Shown here one piece after another: positions 1-11,341 of a DNA stretch of 64,000 nucleotides (position 1 is its first letter; each line of letters opens with the position of its first letter). The notes below the pieces were generated by a model, which saw only the letters and a program-made list of their open reading frames with translations, was not told the DNA's origin and searched no databases. Made by a program: the position numbers and the translations under genes. Source of the stretch: an uncultured Gemmatimonadales bacterium (GTDB taxonomy: Bacteria > Gemmatimonadota > Gemmatimonadetes > Gemmatimonadales > GWC2-71-9); contig CAVSQW010000006.1 in NCBI GenBank assembly GCA_963730185.1, positions 256,001 to 320,000 on the forward strand, written 5' to 3'.

Positions 1-3000
1 TGCCGACCTGCTCGCTGCAGTAGTACGGATAGACCCGGAGCCGGTCGGCAAAGCCCTCGAGCAGCGCGACCGGCGAGGAGCCCGCCGAGAGCGTGATCCG
101 CGAGCGGGAGACGTCGACGTCCGCGCCCAGATCGAGGTGCACCGTCGCCGTGTCCCGCACCAGACCGGCATAGGTCGTGACCCGGGGCCGGAGCTCGGCC
201 CGGATCGGAATGGCCAGCCGGACGGCATCCCGGTCGCCGGCGCCGCGCACGTCGAACCGGAAGGCGGCGCTGTCACCGGGCTCGGCCCGGAATGCGAACC
301 GGACTTCCCGCCCCCGTCCGGCCTCCAGGACGGCGGACAGCCGCCCCGGGCCTTCGAGCGCAATGCCCGTGGTCCGGGCCTCGACCTCGACCGTGGGCGT
401 CCCCCCGGTGCGGTGGTTCACCACGACCCCGGCGGTGAACCGGTCTCCCGGCCTCACGAAACGGGGCAGCGCGGGCCGGGCCAGCAACGGCCGGGTCACC
501 AGCATCGGCGACCTGGCGGAGCCGTAGCGGTCGCCCGCGGTCACCGCGACTGCCATGACCCGGAAGGTCGTGAGGTTGTCGGGGAGGGTGACCGTGGTCC
601 GGGCCACGCCGCTCGAATCGGCCTCGACCGAGCTCAGGAAGAAGGCCGTCGCCCGGAACCGGGAGCGGAGAATGTCGGCCGCGCCCTCGCCTCCACCGCC
701 GCCCGGGTTACGCCCCTTGTCGCCCTGGGCAACCTGCGGCACGATCGACGCCAGGTTGCTCCCCAGCCGAAGGCCGAGGCCCCGGGGGGCATAGAGCAGG
801 TCGATCGGGTCGGGGGTCCGGTAGCCGGTGAGCGAGAGCACGCCTTCGTCCACCGCCCAGAGGGTCACCTCGCCGGCCGTCGGTCGGGCGACCGTCCAGG
901 AGGGTGGCGGTGAGCGTGGCGCGATCGCCCGGCCGGTACTCGGGCCGGTCGGCGGCCAGCGTCAGGCTCAGTCGCTTCCGCTCCGGCGTGACCCGGACCT
1001 CGGCGTACCCGACCCGGATGGTGGGCCGGCCGGGATCGTCGAGCGGACCGGGCTTGGCGCTCCGGCCGCGGGCCACCACGATCGAGACGAAGGCGTTGGG
1101 CGCCCAGGCCTCGGTGATCGGGAACCGGAGCGTCGTGGCGCCGTCCTCGATCCGGAGGCGGCGCTCCTCGATGACGCCCTCCCGCTCCACCGTTACCCAC
1201 GCCTCCGCGTCGGTGAAGGGCGAGGCGAAGAGGATCTTGGCGGTGTCGCCCGGGGCGTAGCGGCTCCGGTCCGGGACCACGTCCATCTTGAACCGGGTCT
1301 CGTCGGCCCAGGGCACCCACCCTGGACCGGTCACCCAGCGGTGGAAGCTGGTCACCACGGGCCGGCCGGCCGAGTCCCTGGCGGTGAAGTAGAGGGTGTA
1401 GCTCCCCGGCTTCTCCGGGGTCAGGCGACAGGCCGCCGAGCCATCCACCCCGGTCCGGGCCAGGCACCGATCGACCGTGTCGGCCACCCACTCGCCCACC
1501 GTCTGAGCGAAGTCGCCGGTCTCCCGCCGGACCTGATGCCACTCGCGCCGGATCAAGGCACCGCGAATCGGGACGCCGGCCACCCGCGCGCCGGCCGGCC
1601 GCACCCCGATCAGGTCGATCGTCTGGGCCGAGCCGGCGGACCAGAAGTAGGCGCTCGAGGCGGGCTTGGCCCCCACGTAGAAGGCCGCCGGATGGGCCAC
1701 GACGCTGGCCGAGCCGAGCACGGATTGGCGGTTCACGTCGGTGACCACCGCGTTGAGCGTGATCCGGGCCGGCCGGCCGGCCCGGGCCAGCGACACCGCA
1801 GCTCGCACGGCGAGGTGCCCGGTGGCGTCGAGTGAGTCGACCTCGACCCGCGACACGCTGGTGGCCGAATGAGACTCGAACTCGTCGTACCACCAGCCCC
1901 GCTCGAGAAACAGATACCCCTCGGCATTCGGGACCTCGAACGCCCACGGATCAAGCGCCTCCTGGCGAACTGACCAGGTGACCGCCGCTCGCGCCATCGG
2001 GGCGCCGAAGAGGTAGCGGGCGCCGATCGTGGCCCCGACGGTGTCACCGTCGATTCGGGCGGCGGTGTCGGCGGTGACGTCCACCAGAAACTCCGGCGGC
2101 CGGTACTCGGCGACGCGATAGGTGGCCCGGCCGATTGGCTCCCATTGCCCCTGCCGCCGGAGCGCCACGGTCACCGCGTACTCGCCCAGGCCGGCGTCGG
2201 CCGGCAGGGCGAAGGCCTCAGACCGGGTGCCGAAGCGCGAGAGGCTCACGACCCGCTCGGCCAGCGGGCCGCCGTCCCGGTCCAGGAACGCGATCCGGGC
2301 GGAGTCTTTCGGGGCGGGCGGCCGGAGCGCGCCGAGCAGACCGGTCCGCACGATCGCCTTGGCGAAGACGCTGTCGCCCGGGCGGTAGATGCCGCGTTCG
2401 GTGAAGACCGCCGCGGCGGCGGGGAGTCGAGCGGGGCCCCAGGCGCCGGAGACGTTGAAGTTCCAGGGACTGAGATCGGGGTCGTACTGGGTAACGCCGA
2501 CCACGGCCCGGTCGCCGCCGAGTCGGGCCTCGACGTACCCCTCGAAGCCGCTCGAGAAGTCGGGCTCGTCGTCGGCGCGCGCCACCGCGGCGCGCCGGAG
2601 CGATCCGAAGCGGGCCAGCCCCCGGTCGTCGGTGATACCCTCGGCCAGCACCCGGCCCTGAGCGTCCCGGACCCGGACCGACACGCCCTTCCGGACCCGG
2701 CCGTCCTCCACCCCGGTGATCCAGACCGTCCCTTCCTCGGGACCGATCTTGGCATGGACCCCGAGATCGGTCACCTGGACCAGGGCGATCGGCGCCGGGC
2801 GGAGGTACTCGTCGGGCTTGCGGTTGCGGGTCAGGGCCGGGCTGGTGATCCGGACGGCGTAGAGGGTGGAACGCCCGGGGGCGCGCTCGTCGCCGGCCGG
2901 AAAGGGCACCCCGAACACGCCGTGATGGTCCCGGGCCGCACCGACCGCGAAGGCGCGGCGCACCGCGCGCGGGGCCAGCGAGTCCCAGATCCCGTCCCAC

Positions 3001-4211
3001 GCGTACCAGCTCCGCGCCAGGAGCCGTCCTTCCATCGAGTCCGGCACGGCCACGCTCTCGACCACCAGGGTGTCGACGTTGACGTAGGTCACCGGCAGGG
3101 TCCGGGGACCGCTCCGTTCGATGGTCAGCTTGCCGGTGGTGTACTCCACCTCGGGCGCGAACCCGGTCGTGACGGCCGTGACGCGGGGGTTCCCGACGAG
3201 GTGTTGCCCGAACCGGTCGGTAAGGGCCGGGTCGACCGACACCAGATAGCCGGTCCGGGGCTTGAGTTCGGCCCAGAGATTCCAGATCGGGCGGGCGTCG
3301 GTCGTGTCGGAGACGGTGAAGGTCGTGGCCGGGAGGACCTTGACCCGACGGAGCACCTCGGCGCCGGTGACCGGCGTGCTGAACTCGAGCAGGATCGGAC
3401 CGGTCGGGCAGAACCGCCCGCCGCCGCACTGCGCCTTGACGATCCGGAGCGGGCCGTGGGTCGCGAAGCGCCAGCGCTGGAGCGGGCCGGGCGACTCGAG
3501 ATCGAACGCGGTCGGGACCACCAGCTCGCCCGCGCAGTCGAGCGGCAGGGGCTGATCGGGCGTCAGCGTCACCAGCCGGCGGAGCGAATCTACCGAGCGG
3601 TCTCGATCCCATCCGCCCGCCTCGCGGAACTGCCAGGGAGCGTCGTCGGGAATCGGCGCTTCTCTCGTAACCCGGAGCCGTACCGGGCCCGGGCGCCGGC
3701 AGGTCGCCCCCAGCTCGAGGTAGGCCAACCGGCGCGCCACGGCCGGATCGAGGCTCGAGCTGACGACCAGCCGGAAGGTGGCGTCGGCTTCGAGAAAGCG
3801 GTCGGCGTACCCGGGCCCGGCCGGCAGCCCGGCCAGCGCTCGCGGCCCGGTGACTCGGAACGAGAACCGATACGGGCCGTCGAGGCGGCTCCCGTCGAGG
3901 GCGGTGAAGGTCGGGCTCACCGTCACGGTGTAACGGGCACCGGACCGCAGCGGCGCGGAGGGCCGAAGCCGGAGGGTGACCGGGTCGCGCCAGTCGACGA
4001 CGCCGGGAATCGCCGGGGACACCGAGAGGATCGAGGCCGGATCGACATTCCGGCCCAGCCCGCCGACCACCGGGCGGTCGAAGGTGACCGCGATCACGGT
4101 GGTGGGAGCACCCTGCTGCAAGGGGGTCGTGCGTAGCACGCCGAGCGCGGCGGGGGAGTCGGCGGCGACGGCCCCGAGCAGGACCGCGGTGAGAACCCGA
4201 ACTGGCAGCAT
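1..4211 (-). CDS. Bacterial alpha-2-macroglobulin family protein (MG2/A2M), interrupted by a frameshift at ~886-890; 3' end lies beyond the window
   Basis: ATG at 4211 with a signal-like N-terminus (MLPVRVLTAVLLGAVA). MG motifs FTERGIYRPGD and YRVAEYRPPEF are present. After a frame change the A2M sequence continues (GEVTLWAVDEGVL, LPDNLTTFRVMAVA, LPRFVRPGD) to the thioester motif YPYYCSEQ (CSEQ at nt 8-19). Confidence 0.93.
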
Positions 4212-4558
4212 GGCGGACCTCGCACTGGGAACCGGGCGTCCCAAATACTAACCCAAGGCTCGACCCGGCCGCCCCCGGCTCGGCCGGCCCGGCGGATCGG
4301 GCAATCGGACTGCGGGGCGCAATTCCCCGCAGCCCGGGTGATCGAGTTGACGTCGTCTTGGTAACTCTTTGAGGAATAGAGAGATACGAGCCAACACCAG
4401 GAATGCCGGGATCGGTCCCTCCGGCGGCGTCCACCGAGCCGGGACAGACTGGCCAGCCGCCTTGGTGTGCGCTATATTGAGCAGTCGCAATCGGTTAGCC
4501 GCAGGCGACCGGCTCTGACACGAAGTCGGGGACGTCATCGAACAAGGAGCGAGCACTG

Positions 4559-6130
4559 ATGCAGAGAGTCCTCCTGTTGGCGGGAGTCTTGATGTTGGCA
4601 GGCACCCCGCTCATGGCGCAGGAGAAAGGCACTTGGGAGCTGGGTGGCTTCGGCCGATTCACCAAGTACGACGGCAGCTTCGCGACCACCCGGAAGTCGG
4701 AGAACAGCTACGGCGGCGGTGGTCGGATCGGCTACTTTCTCTCGCCCAAGTTCTCGCTCGAGGCCGATGGCTCATTCAACGCCAGCGACCTCCAGGCCTA
4801 CTTCACCAGCCAGCAGAGCTCGCCGGTCCGCTACTGGCCCTTCCATCTCCGGGGCCTCTTCCACGCACCGCTGGGCAACCGGGCGGCGTTCCTGATCGGC
4901 GCTGGCGGGGTGCTCAACCACTACGGGAAGAGCAGCAACCCGCAGGTCAAGACGATCAACGGGAACGACGTGGGCGTGGGCGGGCTGGTCGGCTTCCGGC
5001 TCAAGGCCAACAGCTGGCTCTCGCTCCGGGCGGACGGCACCCTCGACTACATGCCGAGCCCGGCCAACGGGAAGGCGGCCGTGGTCAACGAGGGCACGAC
5101 CGATCCGACCGTGCCGTCGAAGAACACCCACCTGGGGCTCCAGCTCGGGCTGAGCATCTTCCCGAACGCCAAGTGCACCAAGCGGCTCGACGCGATCGAC
5201 CTGCTGCCCAATACGGCGTCGGTCCAGACCGGTCAGTCGGTCCAGTTCAACGTGACCGGCCGGCTCTGCGACGGGTCCTCGACCACGCCGCAGGTGACCT
5301 ACGCGGTCATGCCGAGCGGCACCATCGGGCCCAACGGCGTGTTCGGCTCGGGGACCCCCGGCACCTACCAGGTCGTGGCCCGTACCCTGAACGGGAAGCT
5401 GGCCGACACGTCGACCGTCACGGTCGCCGCGCCGCCCCCGCCGCCCCCGCCGCCGCCGACCCTGACCCGGATCGAGATGTCGCCCAAGTCGGCGAACCTG
5501 AAGCTGAGCGAAGGCACCAGCTTCACCGTCACCGGTTACTGGAGCGACGGGAACAGTCGCCCCATGCGGGCCGACGAGTGCAGCCTCTCGGCCGACGGGA
5601 CCCCGATGGCCTCGGGCTGGCAGTACACCTGGAGCCGGAGCGGCGACTACGCCGTGACCGCCACCTGCATGGGCCAGAGCGACCGGGCCAACGTGACGGT
5701 CCGCGGGCTCTCGGTCACCCTCCGGGCCATGTTCGGCACCAATCGTTACTCCGACGCCAGCGCGATCGAGCGCGGCTCGCTCGACTCGGTGGCCACGGTG
5801 CTCAAGGCCGACCCGACGATGAAGGTCTACATCGACGGTCACACCGACTGGCGCAACAGCGTCAAGTACAACGCCTGGCTGGCCCAGAAACGGGCCGAGA
5901 CGATTCAGCGGGATCTGATCAAGCGCGGCATCGCCAAGGACCGGCTCATCGTCCGGTCGTTCAGCGAGTGCGCACCGGCGGCCGACAACTCCACCGACGA
6001 GGGCATGGCCCAGAACCGTCGGGTCGAGCTCAAGCAGATCGAGACCCCGACGCCGGAGCCGGGCAACACCAGCTGCGCCGAGAGCGGTCCAGGCGGCACC
6101 AGCAAGATCGGCCGGCCGGGCGACGCCTGA
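4559..6130 (+). CDS. OmpA-family outer membrane protein: beta-barrel, two Ig-like (Big_2) domains, peptidoglycan-binding OmpA C-terminal domain
   Basis: AAGGAG RBS and a signal peptide. Alternating beta-strand pattern in the N-terminal part, a poly-Pro linker, and the OmpA motif GHTD..YN..LAQKRA...NRRVE. Confidence 0.88.
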   Translation: MQRVLLLAGVLMLAGTPLMAQEKGTWELGGFGRFTKYDGSFATTRKSENSYGGGGRIGYFLSPKFSLEADGSFNASDLQAYFTSQQSSPVRYWPFHLRGLFHAPLGNRAAFLIGAGGVLNHYGKSSNPQVKTINGNDVGVGGLVGFRLKANSWLSLRADGTLDYMPSPANGKAAVVNEGTTDPTVPSKNTHLGLQLGLSIFPNAKCTKRLDAIDLLPNTASVQTGQSVQFNVTGRLCDGSSTTPQVTYAVMPSGTIGPNGVFGSGTPGTYQVVARTLNGKLADTSTVTVAAPPPPPPPPPTLTRIEMSPKSANLKLSEGTSFTVTGYWSDGNSRPMRADECSLSADGTPMASGWQYTWSRSGDYAVTATCMGQSDRANVTVRGLSVTLRAMFGTNRYSDASAIERGSLDSVATVLKADPTMKVYIDGHTDWRNSVKYNAWLAQKRAETIQRDLIKRGIAKDRLIVRSFSECAPAADNSTDEGMAQNRRVELKQIETPTPEPGNTSCAESGPGGTSKIGRPGDA

Positions 6131-6155
6131 TCGCCCGCCGCGGATCCTTCCACGC

Positions 6156-6193
6156 AACGCGGGGTCGCCTTCGGGCGACCCCGCGTTCGTTTT
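6156..6193 (+). terminator. Intrinsic terminator downstream of the OmpA gene
   Basis: Perfect 14-bp stem AACGCGGGGTCGCC-TTCG-GGCGACCCCGCGTT followed by CGTTTT, between convergent genes. Confidence 0.85.
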
Positions 6194-6197
6194 CGCC

Positions 6198-7316
6198 TCA
6201 GTCGGCGGGGGTCGCGGGGGCGGCGGACGAGGCCGGCTCCGGCACGGCCGGCCGCGGCACGCTCCCCGGTCTCGCGATCGGGGGGAGCGGCAAGGGCAGC
6301 TCGCCGGTGAACCCAGTGCTCGAGCCGGTCGGCAGGTGCTCCTCGCGGTACATCCGGAGGATCTCGAAGAAGTAGGAGAGGGCCAGCGGGCCGATCAGCA
6401 GCCCGAGCAGGCCGAAGTAGCCGACGCCGGCGACGGCACCCACCAGTGTGACCAGGGGATGGATCTGGGCGTAGCGATTGAAGATCAGCGGCCGGATCCC
6501 GTAGTCGATGACGCCGGTGAGGCCCAGGTTCCAGAGCACCATGAAGAGGGCCCCGCCGGGCCGGTCGTCGAGCAGCAGCACCGCCACCGCCGGAATCCAG
6601 ATCATCCCGCTTCCCACCACGGGCAGGATCGCGAATACGAATGTCACCACGCCCCAGAAGAGTGGATCGGAAAGGCCGGTGAAGGTGAAGGCCAGCGCCA
6701 CCGCGGTGCCCTGCGCCAGCGCGGTGAGCCCGGTCCCGATCACGGTCGAGGTGGTCACGTCGCGGAACCGCTGCCGCAGCATCTCCGCGTTCGGATCGGA
6801 GAACGGGACGTACGGGCGTACCGCCTGCCAGACCTTGGGACCGGTGAGGAGCAGGTAGTAGAGGCCGAAGAGCGCCAGGAGCAGGTTGAGCACGAAGCGG
6901 GTCGCCGTCCCCACCAGCTTGAGGGCGTTCCCTCCGAGCCAGCTGACCAGCTGCTGGCTGATCTGGGCGAGCTCGGCCCCGACGTCGAACCGGCCCACCC
7001 GGAGCTCGCTCAGACGATCGAGCAGCGGGCCGGTGGCCACCTTGGTCGCCATGTCCTGGGCCTGCCCCACGAGGAGCCCGACCACCGACACGCCCGGGAT
7101 CACGATCAGGAGGATGGTGACCAGCACCACCACCGTGGCCGCGATCCGCGGCCCGGTGACCCGGGAAAGACGGTGATGCAGCGGCTCGAAGATCACGTAG
7201 AGCACCGGCACCGCGATCAGCCCGCTCGCATACGGGGCCAGGGCGATGGCCAAGCCCACGCCGAGGAGGGCGAGGACGAGCGCGGCCCGCTGATGTCGCG
7301 AGTCGAAGAACGGCAT
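6198..7316 (-). CDS. AI-2E family transporter (PerM-like)
   Basis: Multi-TM protein with family motifs ILPVVGS, IDYGIRP and HPLVTLVGAVAGV..FG..GLLIGP. Confidence 0.9.
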   Translation of the reverse strand: MPFFDSRHQRAALVLALLGVGLAIALAPYASGLIAVPVLYVIFEPLHHRLSRVTGPRIAATVVVLVTILLIVIPGVSVVGLLVGQAQDMATKVATGPLLDRLSELRVGRFDVGAELAQISQQLVSWLGGNALKLVGTATRFVLNLLLALFGLYYLLLTGPKVWQAVRPYVPFSDPNAEMLRQRFRDVTTSTVIGTGLTALAQGTAVALAFTFTGLSDPLFWGVVTFVFAILPVVGSGMIWIPAVAVLLLDDRPGGALFMVLWNLGLTGVIDYGIRPLIFNRYAQIHPLVTLVGAVAGVGYFGLLGLLIGPLALSYFFEILRMYREEHLPTGSSTGFTGELPLPLPPIARPGSVPRPAVPEPASSAAPATPAD

Positions 7317-7325
7317 CGAGAGCTC

Positions 7326-8030
7326 CTACGAGGTCGGCGTCAGGACCGGCTCGAGCACCCGCCAGACGTTCCGCGCCACGATTCGCTGCCCCGCCGGCGT
7401 GGGATGGATCCCGTCGGCCTGATTCAGCGAGTCGACCCCCGCCACCCCGGCCAGCAGAAACGGAACCAACGCCAGGTGATTGTCGCGGGCCAACTCGGGA
7501 AAGATCGCCCGGAAGCGGCGGGTGTAGTCCGCACCGAGGTTGGGCAGGGCCTCCATGCCGGCCAGCACGACCTGCGGCGCCGGGTCGAGCCGACGGGTCG
7601 AGTCGATGACGGCCTGGATGTTCGCCCGGACCGAGTCGGGGTCCTGGCCTCTCAAGCCGTCGTTGGCGCCGGTCTCGATCACCAGCGCGGCCACCCGGCC
7701 CTGCCCCAAAATCCAGTCGATCCGTCGGAGCAGCCCGGCCGAGGTCTCGCCGCTCACCCCGGCGTTCACCACCCGGTAGTCCAACCCGAGCGAGTCGACG
7801 AGGTGCTGGATCAGCGCCGGGTACGCGAGCGACGGATCGGGAAGCCCGTACCCCGCCGTGAGGCTGGTGCCCGCGAAGACGATCGTGGGCCGGTCGTCGG
7901 CCGGGGCCGGACGGGATGCCACAGCCCGAGCCGAATCCGGCGCAGCGGGCGCCGGCGGCTCGCGGTCCTTGCCCACGCAGCCCGCCGCTCCCAGCGCGAC
8001 CATGCCCAGCAGGCCCCATCGGACTATCAT
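7326..8030 (-). CDS. tesA: Arylesterase / acyl-CoA thioesterase I (SGNH/GDSL), predicted lipoprotein
   Basis: GTSLTAG, NAGVSGETS, GAND and DGIHP blocks. Lipobox LGAAGC. Divergent from ybbA as in the conserved tesA-ybbAP arrangement. Confidence 0.88.
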   Translation of the reverse strand: MIVRWGLLGMVALGAAGCVGKDREPPAPAAPDSARAVASRPAPADDRPTIVFAGTSLTAGYGLPDPSLAYPALIQHLVDSLGLDYRVVNAGVSGETSAGLLRRIDWILGQGRVAALVIETGANDGLRGQDPDSVRANIQAVIDSTRRLDPAPQVVLAGMEALPNLGADYTRRFRAIFPELARDNHLALVPFLLAGVAGVDSLNQADGIHPTPAGQRIVARNVWRVLEPVLTPTS

Positions 8031-8042
8031 TGAAGCCGACTT

Positions 8043-8726
8043 ATGAGCCACCCAATGCTCCTTTGCGAAGGCCTGACCCAGACGTACCCGTCGGGCGGCC
8101 GCCAGCTCACGGTCCTGAACAATATCACGTTCTCGCTCGAGCGAGGCGGGTTCCTGGCCATCGTGGGACCGTCCGGCAGCGGCAAAACCACGCTGCTCGG
8201 TCTCCTCGCCGGACTGGACCGGCCCAGCGCCGGCCGCGTGGTGTTGGACGGTCATGATCTGGGCACCATGTCCGAGGACGACCGGGCCCGCCTCCGCTCC
8301 GAGCGAGTCGGATTCGTGTTCCAGTCGTTCCACCTGATCCCGACCCTCACGGCCCGAGAGAACGTCCAGGTGCCGCTCGAGCTCCGGGGTGAGCCGGCCG
8401 AGGCCCGGGCCCAGGAGCTGTTGGACCGGGTGGGCCTGGGCGACCGGTCGCACCACTACCCGGCCCAGCTCTCCGGCGGTGAGCAACAGCGGGTGGCGTT
8501 GGCGCGGGCGTTCTCCGCCCGGCCCCAGGTGCTGTTCGCCGACGAGCCGACCGGCAATCTCGATGCCCGGACCGGCACCGCGACCATCGACCTGATGACC
8601 GGCCTCAACCGCGAGGCCGGCACCACGCTGGTCCTGGTGACGCACGATCCCGAGCTGGCCGGGATGGCCCGGCGGACCATCCGCCTCTCGGACGGTCGGG
8701 TGATCGAGGACGAGAGCCGGGCGTGA
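8043..8726 (+). CDS. ybbA: ABC transporter ATP-binding protein (YbbA/LolD-like)
   Basis: Walker A GPSGSGKT, signature LSGGEQQR, Walker B region DEPTGNLD. Confidence 0.88.
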   Translation: MSHPMLLCEGLTQTYPSGGRQLTVLNNITFSLERGGFLAIVGPSGSGKTTLLGLLAGLDRPSAGRVVLDGHDLGTMSEDDRARLRSERVGFVFQSFHLIPTLTARENVQVPLELRGEPAEARAQELLDRVGLGDRSHHYPAQLSGGEQQRVALARAFSARPQVLFADEPTGNLDARTGTATIDLMTGLNREAGTTLVLVTHDPELAGMARRTIRLSDGRVIEDESRA

Positions 8727-11320
8727 AGCTGGGCTTCGTCTTCCGGCTTGCCTGGCGCGAGAGCCGGGCCGCCCGGCGCCGGCTCCTGCTGCTGGTCGGC
8801 TCGGTCGCCGCCGGGGTGGCCGCGCTCGTGGCCATCAACGGCTTCACCGAAAACCTTCAGGTGTCGGTGGCCGCTCAGGCGCGGGCCCTGCTGGGCGCCG
8901 ATCTCGAGATCAGCAGCCGGCAGCCCTTCCCCGCCGGGGTGGACTCGCTGATCGATTCCCTGGTCGCGTCCTCCGGACCCGAAGGCGCCCGGGGCCGGGT
9001 GGCCCGGGTCACGAGCTTCGCGGGCATGGCCTACGTCACCCGCACCGCCGGCGCCCGGCTGGTCCAGGTCCGCGCCGTCGAGCCGGGTTATCCGTTCTAT
9101 GGAACGATCGAGACCCGGCCGGCCGGCCGATGGGCCGTTCTCTCGAGCGGCAAGGTGCTGGTCGACCCGACCCTCCTCACCGCGCTCCAAGCCCGGATCG
9201 GCGACACCCTGGCGCTCGGCGACGCCCGGTTCGTGATCGACGCCGCGGTGGTCAACGTGCCCGGCGACGTCGGAGTGGAGTCGGCCTTCGGGCCCCGGAT
9301 TTACATCCCGGCCGCCGATCTCGGCGCCACCGACCTGGTCCGCTTCGGCTCCCGGGTCGACTATGACGCCTACCTCCACCTGGCCGACCCCTCCACCGCG
9401 CAGACCGTCGCCGAACAACACCGGCCGGCCCTTCGCGGCGAGCGGGTCCGGATCCGGACCGTCGACGACGACCGCGACAATCTGACCGATACCCTGACCC
9501 GGCTGGGCAACTACCTCGGTCTGGTGGCCTTGGTGGCGCTCCTCCTCGGCGGGCTCGGCGTGGCCAGCGCCACCCATCTCTTCATCCGCCAGAAGCTCGA
9601 CACCATCGCCGTGCTCCGCTGCCTGGGCGCCACCTCCGGCCAGGTCTTCCTCGCCTACCTGGTGCAGGCCATTACCATGGGCGCGATCGGGAGCCTGGTC
9701 GGCGCCGGCCTCGGGGTCGCGATCCAGCAGCTCCTGCCCGCCCTGGTCGCCGATCTGCTTCCGGTCGACGTGCGAATCGCCCTCGCGCCCCGGGCGCTGC
9801 TGATCGGGATCTCGCTCGGGATCTGGGTGGCGACCGTGTTCGCTCTCCTGCCGCTGCTCGGCGTCCGCCGGGTGTCGCCGCTGGTAACCCTCCGCCGGGC
9901 ATACGAACCCGAGTCCGCCCGCCGCGATCCGCTCACCTGGGCGGCCTTCGCGCTGCTCGCTCTCAGCGTCCTCGGCCTGGCGGTGGTGCAGGTCGGCCGG
10001 TTCCGGGACGGGGCCTTCTTCGCGGGCGGGGTCGGGGTCGTGGTGCTGGTGCTCTGGCTCGCCTCCCGCGGGCTGATCGGCGGGATCCGCCGCTGGTTTC
10101 CGCACCGATTGCCCTATCTCTATCGGCAGGGTCTGGCCAACCTCTACCGGCCGGCCAACCAAACCGGAACCGTGGTGCTGGCCCTCGGCTTCGGAGCCTT
10201 TCTGCTGGCGACCCTGTTCCTGGTGCAGCACAACCTCCTCCGCGAGTTCCGGCTGGGCGGCGAGAACGACTCCGGCGGCCGGCCCAATCTGATGTTCTTC
10301 GACATTCAGCCCGATCAGGCCCAGGGGGTGGAGGAGCTGCTCCGGCAGTCGGGACACCCGGGAAGCCCGCCCGTGCCGATCGTGCCGATGCGGATCGCCA
10401 GCCTCAAGGGTCAGCCGGTGCAGCCCTTCCGACCCGAGCCGGATTCCCTCGAGGAGGACGGTCCCCGGGGCGAGCGCGGGCGCCGCCAGCCCGGCGGCTG
10501 GGCGGTTCGCCGGGAGTACCGGTCCACCTATCGCGATTCGCTCACCAGCACCGAGCGGCTGGTCGCCGGCCAGTGGTGGGACCAGGCCCCGAAGGACAGC
10601 GGCGAGGCCCGGATCTCGGTCGAGGCGGACCTGGCCCGCGAGCTGGGCGTGGGGGTGGGCGATCAGATCACCTGGAATGTCCAGGGTGTGCTGATTCCCA
10701 CCAAGGTGACCAGCCTCCGCGAGGTGAACTGGGGGCGGTTCCAAACCAACTTCTTCGTGGTGTTCGAGCCCGGCGTGCTCGACCAGGCGCCGCAGATGAT
10801 GGTCACCCTCGCCCGGGTCGACAGCGCGGCCGCCCGGGGCGCCATCCAGCGGCGGGTGGCTGAGCGCTACCCCAACGTCTCGGCGATCGACCTGTCGCAG
10901 GTCCAGCAGGCGATCGAGGGCATCCTGGCCAAGGCGTCGCTCGCGGTCCGGTTCCTGGCCCTGTTCAGCCTGGCCGCCGGCGCCATCGTCCTCCTCGGCG
11001 CCGTGACCACCGCCCGACTCCAGCGTCTCCGCGAAGGGGTGCTGCTCAAGACCCTGGGCGCCACCCGGCGCCAGGTGCTCCAGATCATGGTGGCCGAGTA
11101 CACCGCGCTCGGGCTGCTGGCGGCCCTGGTCTCGATCGTCCTGTCGTCGGCCGCCGGCTGGGCCCTTGCCAAGTGGACTTTCGACTCGCCCTTCCAGCTG
11201 CCGCTCCCCCAGCTGGCCGGGTTGACCCTGCTGCTGGTCGCCATCACCCTGTTGGTAGGGCTCTGGAGCAGTGCCGAGGTGCTGAAGCGGCCGCCGCTCG
11301 AGGTCTTGCGAAACGAATGA
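8723..11320 (+). CDS. ybbP: ABC transporter permease (YbbP-like, two FtsX domains)
   Basis: 865 aa with duplicated TM/FtsX segments; GTGA overlap with ybbA. Confidence 0.85.
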   Translation: MKLGFVFRLAWRESRAARRRLLLLVGSVAAGVAALVAINGFTENLQVSVAAQARALLGADLEISSRQPFPAGVDSLIDSLVASSGPEGARGRVARVTSFAGMAYVTRTAGARLVQVRAVEPGYPFYGTIETRPAGRWAVLSSGKVLVDPTLLTALQARIGDTLALGDARFVIDAAVVNVPGDVGVESAFGPRIYIPAADLGATDLVRFGSRVDYDAYLHLADPSTAQTVAEQHRPALRGERVRIRTVDDDRDNLTDTLTRLGNYLGLVALVALLLGGLGVASATHLFIRQKLDTIAVLRCLGATSGQVFLAYLVQAITMGAIGSLVGAGLGVAIQQLLPALVADLLPVDVRIALAPRALLIGISLGIWVATVFALLPLLGVRRVSPLVTLRRAYEPESARRDPLTWAAFALLALSVLGLAVVQVGRFRDGAFFAGGVGVVVLVLWLASRGLIGGIRRWFPHRLPYLYRQGLANLYRPANQTGTVVLALGFGAFLLATLFLVQHNLLREFRLGGENDSGGRPNLMFFDIQPDQAQGVEELLRQSGHPGSPPVPIVPMRIASLKGQPVQPFRPEPDSLEEDGPRGERGRRQPGGWAVRREYRSTYRDSLTSTERLVAGQWWDQAPKDSGEARISVEADLARELGVGVGDQITWNVQGVLIPTKVTSLREVNWGRFQTNFFVVFEPGVLDQAPQMMVTLARVDSAAARGAIQRRVAERYPNVSAIDLSQVQQAIEGILAKASLAVRFLALFSLAAGAIVLLGAVTTARLQRLREGVLLKTLGATRRQVLQIMVAEYTALGLLAALVSIVLSSAAGWALAKWTFDSPFQLPLPQLAGLTLLLVAITLLVGLWSSAEVLKRPPLEVLRNE

Positions 11321-11341
11321 GTGATTGACGAAAGGCCCCCC

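Noticed and set aside
4309..4395. Hairpin CTGCGGGG/CCCCGCAG and an AT-rich IHF-like tract in the A2M-ompA intergenic region
   Set aside because: Only a partial match to the IHF consensus and no recognisable RNA family; too weak to call.
4450..4466. Possible sigma54 promoter TGGCCA...CTTGG upstream of ompA
   Set aside because: The spacing is off by one and the -12 GC is absent.
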